Source: an uncultured Clostridia bacterium (GTDB lineage Bacteria > Bacillota > Clostridia > Christensenellales > CAG-138). Taken from it: a stretch of 64,000 nucleotides of DNA. The stretch is from assembly GCA_937900325.1 (NCBI GenBank), contig CALCEX010000070.1:15122-79121 (forward strand), read 5' to 3'. Below the pieces are notes generated by a model. It worked only from the letters and a program-made list of their open reading frames with translations, was not told the origin of the DNA and ran no database searches. Both the position numbers and the translations under genes were made by a program. The first letter of the stretch is position 1, and every line of letters begins with the position of its first letter. Of this stretch, positions 26,839 through 34,213 are shown piece after piece.

Positions 26839-27791
26839 TACTTTTTACCCCCTTCCTGGACAGCGGCGGCCCGGGGGAATTTTTTGTTCAAGACCAGGTT
26901 TACCAGCACCATGAATACGCTGGTGAGTATCCAGTATATGGCGAAGGCCGCGTTATAGCTGAGGCAGAACCACAGCGACATGAGCGGGAACAGCCACATC
27001 ATCATCTTGCTGGTAGAGGCGGCGGGGTTGTTTGGATCGGGCGCGGGCTGGCCCTTCTGCATTATCCAGTTGGCAAGGAACTGGGTGCCGCCGGCTATAA
27101 TGGGAAGTATGAACCATCCGTTGTTATGGCCCGCATATACCTCAAGAAGCGGCGCTACCGCGGCGTTGTAGGCGTCGATCGCGGCCTGTGTATTGAGGAA
27201 GCGGAAGCTTCCGCCCTCGTTTACCGCTATCCCAAGCTGTACCAGCTTTTCCCATACCCCGGGGTTGTTCTGCAGATAAAGCAGCCTGTCCAGATCGTTT
27301 GTGCTCGCAAGGAACTTGCTGCCCTCCTGTATTACGGGAGAAAAGCCGTTGTCGGGCTGCCATATGTTGTTTACCCAGAGGAATTTGAAGCTCCTGAGCA
27401 GCTCCTCGGCGTTATCCGAGACCAGCAGCTTTATGGTTTCCTCATAGCCCCAGAAGCGGAAGGCGGCTATGAAGCAGAAAAACAGCGGCATGGTTATGAG
27501 CAGCGGCAGGCAGCTTCCCCACATGGAAACGCCCTTTTCCTTCATGAGCTTCCGGCTCATCAGCTGGGCCTTCTGGGGGTCGTTGGCGTATTTTTTCTGT
27601 ATTTTCGCAAGCTCCGGCTGGATGCCGTTCATCTTGGCCTGTGATTTACGGGTGGCTATATCGGAAAATATGGTAACGCCCCTCAATACCACCGTGCATA
27701 TCAGTATGGTAAGGAATACGCTGTTCACGTTGGAGTATACCCATCTCATAGCCTCAAGGAACCATGTAGTCAAAAAGAAATCGCCCTGCAT
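26838..27791 (-). CDS. yidC: Membrane protein insertase YidC
   Basis: ORF 26838..27926. Start set at ATG 27791 (RBS GAGGAAAA). YidC/Oxa1 core (KMNGIQPELAKIQKKY...GCLPLLITMP). Confidence 0.9.
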   Translation of the reverse strand: MQGDFFLTTWFLEAMRWVYSNVNSVFLTILICTVVLRGVTIFSDIATRKSQAKMNGIQPELAKIQKKYANDPQKAQLMSRKLMKEKGVSMWGSCLPLLITMPLFFCFIAAFRFWGYEETIKLLVSDNAEELLRSFKFLWVNNIWQPDNGFSPVIQEGSKFLASTNDLDRLLYLQNNPGVWEKLVQLGIAVNEGGSFRFLNTQAAIDAYNAAVAPLLEVYAGHNNGWFILPIIAGGTQFLANWIMQKGQPAPDPNNPAASTSKMMMWLFPLMSLWFCLSYNAAFAIYWILTSVFMVLVNLVLNKKFPRAAAVQEGGKK

Positions 27792-27834
27792 CGATTTTCC
27801 TCGCTTTCGTCGGTTGATAAAAAAAAGTAAGTAG

Positions 27835-28086
27835 TTACCTGCCCCTGTATTCCATCCTTTTTGGCGGCACCGGATCCACCCCTCCCTTTGAAAAGGGGTT
27901 GCACCTGAGCACCCGCCAGACGGCAAGGCGCAGGCCCCTCCATGGGCCGTGCGTCCGTATCGCCTCGAGGGCGTAGGCGGAGCAGCTTGGCCGGTAGCGG
28001 CAGCAGGGAGAAAACCTGGGGGATATATACCTCTGGTAGCCCGTTATGAGGCTCTCCATGATCTGCTGCGCCCTTTCCCGGATCAT
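27835..28086 (-). CDS. yidD: Membrane protein insertion efficiency factor YidD
   Basis: 83 aa. YQRYISPRFSPCCRYRPSCSAYALEAI is the YidD signature. Confidence 0.92.
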   Translation of the reverse strand: MIRERAQQIMESLITGYQRYISPRFSPCCRYRPSCSAYALEAIRTHGPWRGLRLAVWRVLRCNPFSKGGVDPVPPKRMEYRGR

Positions 28087-28457
28087 TGCCCTTCCCCCGC
28101 CGTCTTACCGGCATTCCTGCAGCCGCCCATAAGGCCGGATCTTGTGAGCAAATTTTGCATCGTTGCTGAAATGTGGCCGAATTCGGCCTCCTTTACCGCG
28201 TCCCGCGCAATGAAGATAATGTCGTAGCCCGGCTTTATTTCGGGTATAAAGGGACGGAAGGCTTCCCTGAGCCTGCGCTTGATGCGGTTGCGGGCAACGC
28301 TGTTGCCTATTCGCTTGCTTACCGAAAAGCCCACCTTTACCATGCCCGTTTTTGACTTATTGTATATCATTACGAGCATTTTTGAGGGCAGCGACCTGCC
28401 CCTGCGGTAGACATAACGGAAGGTCTTGTTCCGTTTCAAAGAAAAACAGCGTTTCAC
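28083..28457 (-). CDS. rnpA: Ribonuclease P protein component
   Basis: 124 aa. Basic, with the RNR-type motif (VARNRIKRRLRE). Lies between rpmH and yidD. Confidence 0.92.
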   Translation of the reverse strand: MKRCFSLKRNKTFRYVYRRGRSLPSKMLVMIYNKSKTGMVKVGFSVSKRIGNSVARNRIKRRLREAFRPFIPEIKPGYDIIFIARDAVKEAEFGHISATMQNLLTRSGLMGGCRNAGKTAGEGQ

Positions 28458-28500
28458 CCTTATGCGTCCTTAGCAGTGGATCCGAAGGATCGTGTCGTTG

Positions 28501-28533
28501 AGAAAAAACTCACGGCAAGCTCAGCTTGCCGTG
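28501..28533 (-). terminator. Hairpin/terminator between rpmH and rnpA
   Basis: On the - strand: CACGGCAAGC-uga-GCUUGCCGUG followed by AGUUUUUUCU. Confidence 0.7.
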
Positions 28534-28554
28534 ACACTTGTCAAAGCGTATTTA

Positions 28555-28689
28555 TTACGCGGACAGCCTTTTCCTGCCCTTTAGCCTCCTGCGGGCCAGC
28601 ACGTTGCGGCCGTTCTTGGTAGACATACGGGAGCGGAAGCCATGGACCTTCTTGCGCTGCCTCTTCTTGGGCTGATAAGTCTGGAGCAT
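28555..28689 (-). CDS. rpmH: 50S ribosomal protein L34
   Basis: Below the ORF-track size cut-off. My translation is [44 protein letters not shown]. The listed ORF 28541..28738 is in the wrong frame. Confidence 0.97.
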   Translation of the reverse strand: MLQTYQPKKRQRKKVHGFRSRMSTKNGRNVLARRRLKGRKRLSA

Positions 28690-28792
28690 CTTTTGCACCT
28701 CTTTCCGTTTTAAGGTATTTATACCACCACAGTGGCATATTAAGCCGGAACGCCTATGGCGCCCAGGCCATTACGCAAACCGTCAGTTTTAG

Positions 28793-28822
28793 ATTATATA
28801 AGAAATACGCCCCGTCTGTCAA
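28793..28822 (-). promoter_or_regulatory. Sigma-A type promoter for rpmH-rnpA
   Basis: On the - strand: TTGACA, an 18-nt spacer, then TATAAT. This gives a 5' UTR of about 95 nt. Confidence 0.6.
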
Positions 28823-28945
28823 GGTAAAACGCCGTTTTTTTAAATATTTGCGGCATTAAAAAATATTATTCTGCCGCTACACAACATATTGTGTATCCGC
28901 GCCCCGCGCTATCACAAAGGGTAAAAATTTGGTATTTTTGGCATA

Positions 28946-28974
28946 TTGATAAACCACGCGGGATTTGATATATT
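28946..28974 (+). promoter_or_regulatory. Candidate dnaA promoter
   Basis: TTGATA, a 17-nt spacer, then TATATT. The 5' UTR would be about 120 nt. Confidence 0.4.
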
Positions 28975-29101
28975 TATAGGCGCGGAGGTTATGCGGCATC
29001 CTGCGCAGCCCGCTGCGGGCTGTATATATTTCTTTACTGAACTGTATATATTTAAATTTTTAAAGGCCGGCATACGGCTTTTGCTGTATTTTGGGGGAAT
29101 T

Positions 29102-30430
29102 ATGGACGACTTTTTAGATTGCAGGCTTATTTGGGAAAAAGCGCAGCCCGAAATAAAGGAAGGCATGACCGAGATGAGCTACGGCCTGTGGATATCCGCT
29201 CTGGAGCCCGTCTGCATACTCAGCGATATGCTGATACTGCAATCCGCCAACGAGGTGACCCTGGATACCCTCAGGAGCCTTTATTCAGACCAGATAGCCA
29301 ACGCTATCTCGCACGCCTCCGGCGCGAGCCTCCGGCCGATGTTCATCTGCGGCGACGAGCGCCCCAAATATGAAAAGCTCATGGCGGAGAAAAAGCGCCG
29401 CAGCGAGTCCCTCCTGGATCCCCGCTTCACCTTCGATACCTTCGTAATAGGCGGCAGCAACAACATAGCCTACGCCGCGGCGAAGGCTGTTGCGGCGCAG
29501 CCGGCAAAGGCCTTCAACCCTCTCTACATTTACGGCGACGTGGGCCTGGGCAAGACCCACCTCATGCACGCCATAGGCAATAAGATAAAGGAGGACAACC
29601 CCTCCGCCCGCATAACCTACGTTACCAGCGAGACCTTCACAAACGAGCTGATACAGTCCATTCAGGACAACACCAACGCCCAGTTCCGCAGCAGGTACCG
29701 CAATGTGGACGTGCTTATGATAGACGACGTACAGTTCATCGCCGGAAAGAACACCACCCAGGAGGAATTCTTCAACACCTTCAACACCCTCCACACCAGC
29801 GGCAGACAGATAGTCATATCCTCGGATAAGCCCCCCAAGGAGATACCCGCCCTTGAGGAGCGGCTGCGCAGCCGCTTTGAAGGCGGGCTGATAACCGACA
29901 TACAGTCGCCGGATTACGAGACCCGCATGGCCATACTGCAAAAAAAGGCGGATCAGGAGAACATAGTCATCGATCCGCGGGTGCTTTCCCTCATAGCCAC
30001 AAAGGCCAACGCCAACATACGCCAGCTTGAGGGCGCCTTCACCCGCGTGGTGGCCTTTTCAAAGCTCCTTGGCACCCCCATTACCCTTTCCATGGCGGAT
30101 TCCGCCCTCAAGGATATAATCGAGGACGTGCAGGAGCGGCGGGTGACGGTTCCCATGGTGCAGCAGGTGGTGGCGGATTTCTACAACGTATCCGTGGACG
30201 CCATGACCTCCTCCCGCCGCACGGCGGACGTTACCTACCCCCGTCAGGTGGCCATGTACCTTTCCCGGGAGATGACCGACCTCTCCCTCAAGGCCATAGG
30301 CGAGCAGTTCGGCGGCAGGAACTATTCCACCATAATCTCCGCCTGCAACAAGATAGAGGACGATATGCTCTTCGACCCCGAGCTTTCAAAGGTGTTCAAG
30401 GACCTCAAAAAGCGGATAAAGGGGAACTGA
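29102..30430 (+). CDS. dnaA: Chromosomal replication initiator protein DnaA
   Basis: ORF 28946..30430. ATG 29102 is preceded by GGGGGA. AAA+ Walker A GDVGLGKTHL, box VII, and a domain IV HTH (GGRNYSTIISACNKI). Confidence 0.96.
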   Translation: MDDFLDCRLIWEKAQPEIKEGMTEMSYGLWISALEPVCILSDMLILQSANEVTLDTLRSLYSDQIANAISHASGASLRPMFICGDERPKYEKLMAEKKRRSESLLDPRFTFDTFVIGGSNNIAYAAAKAVAAQPAKAFNPLYIYGDVGLGKTHLMHAIGNKIKEDNPSARITYVTSETFTNELIQSIQDNTNAQFRSRYRNVDVLMIDDVQFIAGKNTTQEEFFNTFNTLHTSGRQIVISSDKPPKEIPALEERLRSRFEGGLITDIQSPDYETRMAILQKKADQENIVIDPRVLSLIATKANANIRQLEGAFTRVVAFSKLLGTPITLSMADSALKDIIEDVQERRVTVPMVQQVVADFYNVSVDAMTSSRRTADVTYPRQVAMYLSREMTDLSLKAIGEQFGGRNYSTIISACNKIEDDMLFDPELSKVFKDLKKRIKGN

Positions 30431-30451
30431 TGGGTTTTACCTGTCTTTCTT

Positions 30452-30530
30452 CTTCTTTCTCTTTTCTTTTCGGGAAAAGAAAAGCCAACGGGAAATATAT
30501 AAATAAAAAATTAGAAAACGATAAAAAAAG
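30452..30530 (+). repeat. Polypyrimidine/polypurine hairpin element, copy 3 (3' of dnaA), short form
   Basis: Identical 20-mer at 30452-30471, then GGG-AAAAGAAAAGCC. It lacks about 28-30 nt present in copies 1 and 2. It shares AACGGGAAA...AACGATAAAAAAG with copy 2. Confidence 0.9.
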
Positions 30531-30560
30531 AGCGGTTTTTATGCCGCTCTTTTTGTTTTG
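30524..30560. terminator. Bidirectional intrinsic terminator between dnaA and livF
   Basis: AAAAAA-GAGCGG-tttttatg-CCGCTC-TTTTTGTTTT. Confidence 0.8.
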
Positions 30561-30564
30561 CGCC

Positions 30565-31287
30565 TTATTTCTTTCCGAGATAGGCTTCCTTGATGCTGTC
30601 GTCGTTGAGCAGCTCCATGCCGGTGCCGGTCATGGTAACGCTGCCGGTCTGGAGGACGTAGCCCCTGTCGGCTATCTTGAGCGCCGCGTTGGCGTTCTGC
30701 TCTATCAAAAGCACCGTCACGCCGTCGTCGTTTATGCGGCGGATTATGGAGAATATGTCCTTTACCACCAGAGGCGCCAGGCCGAGGCTGGGTTCGTCCA
30801 TCATTATTACCCGCGGCTTCGCCATAAGCGCGCGGCCCACCGCCAGCATCTGCTGCTCGCCGCCGGAGAGGGTTCCGGCCTGCTGCCAGTGGCGCTCGTT
30901 CAGCCTCGGGAACAGGCTGTAAACGTGCTCTATATCGTGCTCTATGGCGTCCTTGTCCTCTCTGAGATATGCGCCTATGCGCAGGTTTTCAAGGACGGTC
31001 AGGTTCGGGAACACGCGGCGGCCCTCAGGCACCAGCACTATGCCGCGCTGAACTATATCGTGGGTAGCGGCATGGGTGATGTCCTTTCCCTCGTAGCTTA
31101 CGGTTCCGGAGGCGGGGCTTACGACGCTCATTATAGCGCGCAGCGTGGTGGATTTGCCCGCGCCGTTTGCGCCTATGAGGGTCACTATCTCCCCCTCGTT
31201 CACGTCGAAGGATACTCCCTTCAGGGCCTCTATGCCGCCGTAGTTTACTTTAAGGTCGCGTATTTCAAGCAGGCTACTCATCTTCAT
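30565..31287 (-). CDS. livF: Branched-chain amino acid ABC transporter ATP-binding protein
   Basis: 240 aa. GANGAGKSTT, LSGGEQQML, MMDEPSLGLAP. Last gene of the liv-type operon. Confidence 0.9.
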   Translation of the reverse strand: MKMSSLLEIRDLKVNYGGIEALKGVSFDVNEGEIVTLIGANGAGKSTTLRAIMSVVSPASGTVSYEGKDITHAATHDIVQRGIVLVPEGRRVFPNLTVLENLRIGAYLREDKDAIEHDIEHVYSLFPRLNERHWQQAGTLSGGEQQMLAVGRALMAKPRVIMMDEPSLGLAPLVVKDIFSIIRRINDDGVTVLLIEQNANAALKIADRGYVLQTGSVTMTGTGMELLNDDSIKEAYLGKK

Positions 31288-32116
31288 CTACCCCCAGGTA
31301 TGCGTTTATAACGTCGGGATTGTCCTGTACCTCGGCGGCGGTGCCTGAGGCTATCAGCCGGCCGAAATCCAGAACGTATATGCGCTCGGCTATGGCCATT
31401 ACGAGATCCATGTGATGCTCTATCATCAGTATGGGTATGTTGTATTCATGCCTTATCTGGCTGATGAAGTCGGTAAGCTCCTTTGTCTCCTGCGGGTTCA
31501 TGCCCGCGGCGGGCTCATCCAAAAGCAGCAGCTTGGGGTCGGTGGCCAGGGCGCGGGCTATCTCCAGCCTGCGCTGGAGGCCGTAGGGCAGGCTTCCGGC
31601 TATGTCGTCCTTCAGGTGCTCGAGGTGCTGCTCCTGCAAAAGCGCCATAGCCTCGTCCCTCATGCGCTTTTCTTCCTTTGCGTTGAGGCGCAGCGTCGCC
31701 GTGAATACGTTCTGCTTTGCCCTCATGTGCTTTGCGATAAGCACGTTGTCGAATACCGTAAGGCTCCTGAAGAGGCGGATATTCTGGAAGGTACGGGCTA
31801 TGCCCAGCCTGGTTATCTGGTCCGGCGTGGGGCTGACGATATGGCTGAACTCCGGATAGAGATTGCCGGTGTACAGCTTTTTCATCTTGCCCTGGGGATG
31901 GTTGCATACCATGGTTTTGCCCATGAAGCTGACCATGCCGTTGGTGGGCTCATATACGCCGGTTATGCAGTTGAAGGCCGTGGTCTTTCCCGCGCCGTTC
32001 GGGCCTATGAGGGCGACTATCTCCTTGTCGTTTACCTCCATGGAGAGATCGTTCACGGCCACGACGCCGCCGAACTGCATGGTAACATGGTCAAGGCGAA
32101 GTACGTTTTCTGACAT
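31274..32116 (-). CDS. livG: Branched-chain amino acid ABC transporter ATP-binding protein
   Basis: ORF 31274..32179. ATG 32116 lies next to the livM stop. GPNGAGKTT, LPYGLQRRLEIARAL, LLLDEPAAGMNP. Confidence 0.9.
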   Translation of the reverse strand: MSENVLRLDHVTMQFGGVVAVNDLSMEVNDKEIVALIGPNGAGKTTAFNCITGVYEPTNGMVSFMGKTMVCNHPQGKMKKLYTGNLYPEFSHIVSPTPDQITRLGIARTFQNIRLFRSLTVFDNVLIAKHMRAKQNVFTATLRLNAKEEKRMRDEAMALLQEQHLEHLKDDIAGSLPYGLQRRLEIARALATDPKLLLLDEPAAGMNPQETKELTDFISQIRHEYNIPILMIEHHMDLVMAIAERIYVLDFGRLIASGTAAEVQDNPDVINAYLGVDEDE

Positions 32117-32117
32117 A

Positions 32118-33191
32118 TTACTTGCCCTCCCTCTGGGTTTTTTCAATGAATTTCTGGCGTTTTTTGAGCATCCTGTCAAAGTTCAGCTCCCGGTCTCCCA
32201 TTATGCCCTGGCGGTAGAACAGCACCACAGCCATTATGATTATGGAGAATATGACCTTTCGGAAGCCGGCCCGCAGGAGAGGCACCTTGAAGGAGCCGAT
32301 ATAGGTCTCGGCGTCCAGGAAGCGGAGCCACCACTCTGAGCAGGCTATGAACAGGAAGGAGGCCAGCACCGAGCCGGTAACAGAGCCTATGCCGCCTATT
32401 ACGACTATGAGCAGTATCTCATAGGTCATTGCGGACTTGAAGGCCATGGCCTGTACCGTGGTCTGGAACATGGCGAGCAGCGCGCCGCCAACGCCCGCGA
32501 AGAAGGAGCTTATTACGAAGGACATTTCCTTATGCTTGAAGAGGTTTATGCCCATCGCCTCCGCCGCTATCTCGTCGTCCCTTATGGCCTTGAAGGCGCG
32601 CCCGTAGGAGGAATTGATAAGCAGCACTATGAGCAGTATGCATATCCCGGCCACGGTAAAGGGGAACAGGGTGGAATCGAAGGTGGGGAATTTCCTCAGA
32701 AGGTTTGAGCCGTTGGTCACGGGGCCCAGCGCGTCCCACTGGAAGAAGGCGCGGATTATCTCCGCAAAGCCCAGCGTCGCGATGGCAAGATAGTCGCTCT
32801 TGAGGCGCAGCACCGGAAGGCCGATGAGGAACGCGAAGAGCGCCGCCGCGAGGCCCGCGAGTATGAGCGCGGGTATCACGGGTATCGAGAACTGGACTAT
32901 GCCGCCGTCAAAGTACTGATATACGGCGTCCCTGTACTCCACGGGTATCGTGAATATGGCGTAGGTGTATGCGCCTATGAGCATGAAGCCCGCCTGGCCC
33001 AGGCTGAAGAGGCCGGTGAAGCCGTTGAGCAGGTTCATGGAGACCGCCACCAGCGCGTATATGGCGCCCTTCTTGAGCACTATGAACAGCATGGAGTTGG
33101 GGTCTATCACCTTTTCCAGCACGAACACCAGGGCGTAGATGGCTATTATAAGGGCGATGGTGATAATATTGCCTTTGCTGAGTTTTTTCAT
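32118..33191 (-). CDS. livM: Branched-chain amino acid ABC transporter permease
   Basis: 357 aa. Polytopic LivM-type permease. Confidence 0.88.
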   Translation of the reverse strand: MKKLSKGNIITIALIIAIYALVFVLEKVIDPNSMLFIVLKKGAIYALVAVSMNLLNGFTGLFSLGQAGFMLIGAYTYAIFTIPVEYRDAVYQYFDGGIVQFSIPVIPALILAGLAAALFAFLIGLPVLRLKSDYLAIATLGFAEIIRAFFQWDALGPVTNGSNLLRKFPTFDSTLFPFTVAGICILLIVLLINSSYGRAFKAIRDDEIAAEAMGINLFKHKEMSFVISSFFAGVGGALLAMFQTTVQAMAFKSAMTYEILLIVVIGGIGSVTGSVLASFLFIACSEWWLRFLDAETYIGSFKVPLLRAGFRKVIFSIIIMAVVLFYRQGIMGDRELNFDRMLKKRQKFIEKTQREGK

Positions 33192-33208
33192 TATACTCTC
33201 CCCCTCCC

Positions 33209-34093
33209 TTATACCTTTTCGTTGGCCTTCTCACCGAAGAGGCCGGTAGGCTTTACGATGAGTATGATTATGAGCAGGGCGAAGGTAAAGGCGTCCGAGA
33301 AGGTGGTCCAGCCCAGGCCCTTTATTATGTTTTCGCAAATACCTATTATAAACGCGCCTATTACCGCGCCGGGTATGCTGCCTATGCCGCCGAACACCGC
33401 CGCCACGAAGGCCTTAAGGCCGGGCATCGCGCCGGAGGTGGGGATCACCGCCGCGTAGTTGGTGAAATACAGCATCGAGCCTACGGCGGCCAGGAAGGAG
33501 CCGATTATAAAGGTAGCGCTGATTACGTTGTTTATCTTTATGCCCATGAGCTGGCTGGTCTCAAAGTCCTTGGAAACGGCGCGCATCGCCATGCCTATCT
33601 TGGTCTTTTGAATGAATGTCACCAGAGCTATCACGAGCAGGAGGGTAAGTATCGGGGTGATTATGGTAACTACCTTGGTGGTGGCGGTGCCTATGGTAAC
33701 GGTGTTGCTTATCCAGGGTATGGTGGGATACATCTTGGCAAGGCCGCCGGTAATATAGAGCGCCACGTTCTGGAGAAGGTAGCTCACGCCTATGGCGCTT
33801 ATCATGACGGACATTCTGGGCGCCGTGCGCAGCGGCTTGTACGCCACACGCTCTATAAGGAAGCCAATGAGCACGGTCATGAGCAGCGTAAAGGGAATGG
33901 CCGCGTAAAGCGGCATCCACGTTACCGCGTATATCATTATCAGTCCGGCGCACATGAAGACATCGCCATGCGCAAAGTTGATGAGGCGAAGTATGCCGTA
34001 AACCATGGTATAGCCTATGGCTATAAGGGCGTACTGTCCGCCTACGGATATGCCCGCCAGCAGATACGGCAGGTTAGTATTGATAAAATCCAT
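33209..34093 (-). CDS. livH: Branched-chain amino acid ABC transporter permease
   Basis: 294 aa. Polytopic LivH-type permease (INFAHGD motif). Confidence 0.88.
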   Translation of the reverse strand: MDFINTNLPYLLAGISVGGQYALIAIGYTMVYGILRLINFAHGDVFMCAGLIMIYAVTWMPLYAAIPFTLLMTVLIGFLIERVAYKPLRTAPRMSVMISAIGVSYLLQNVALYITGGLAKMYPTIPWISNTVTIGTATTKVVTIITPILTLLLVIALVTFIQKTKIGMAMRAVSKDFETSQLMGIKINNVISATFIIGSFLAAVGSMLYFTNYAAVIPTSGAMPGLKAFVAAVFGGIGSIPGAVIGAFIIGICENIIKGLGWTTFSDAFTFALLIIILIVKPTGLFGEKANEKV

Positions 34094-34158
34094 TTAAGAT
34101 ACCTCCGGGGGTGGTGGAGTTTTGCAGAAGGGAAAGAGAATTGTTCCACATAGAACAT

Positions 34159-34183
34159 CGGGCGGCGGTGTTGCCGCCGCCCG
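34159..34183 (-). promoter_or_regulatory. GC-rich intercistronic hairpin between the binding-protein and permease genes
   Basis: CGGGCGGCGG-caaca-CCGCCGCCCG with no U-tract. It looks like a stabiliser or partial terminator that would uncouple binding-protein and permease stoichiometry. Confidence 0.4.
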
Positions 34184-34213
34184 GTGCTTATCGTCTGGCC
34201 TGGTTATTCGTTT

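Noticed and set aside
28541-28738. A 65-aa - strand ORF overlapping the rpmH locus.
   Set aside because: It is in the wrong frame. The 44-aa frame at 28555..28689 gives a textbook L34 sequence.
34142-34157. A parS-like 16-mer TGTTCCACATAGAACA in the livK-livH spacer. Its reverse complement differs by 1 nt from the 43145 site.
   Set aside because: The central CACGTG core is disrupted (2 mismatches to the perfect local site, 3 to the Bacillus consensus). It sits in an operon-internal spacer next to a GC hairpin, so it is probably fortuitous. It is worth including only in a tolerant genome-wide parS scan.
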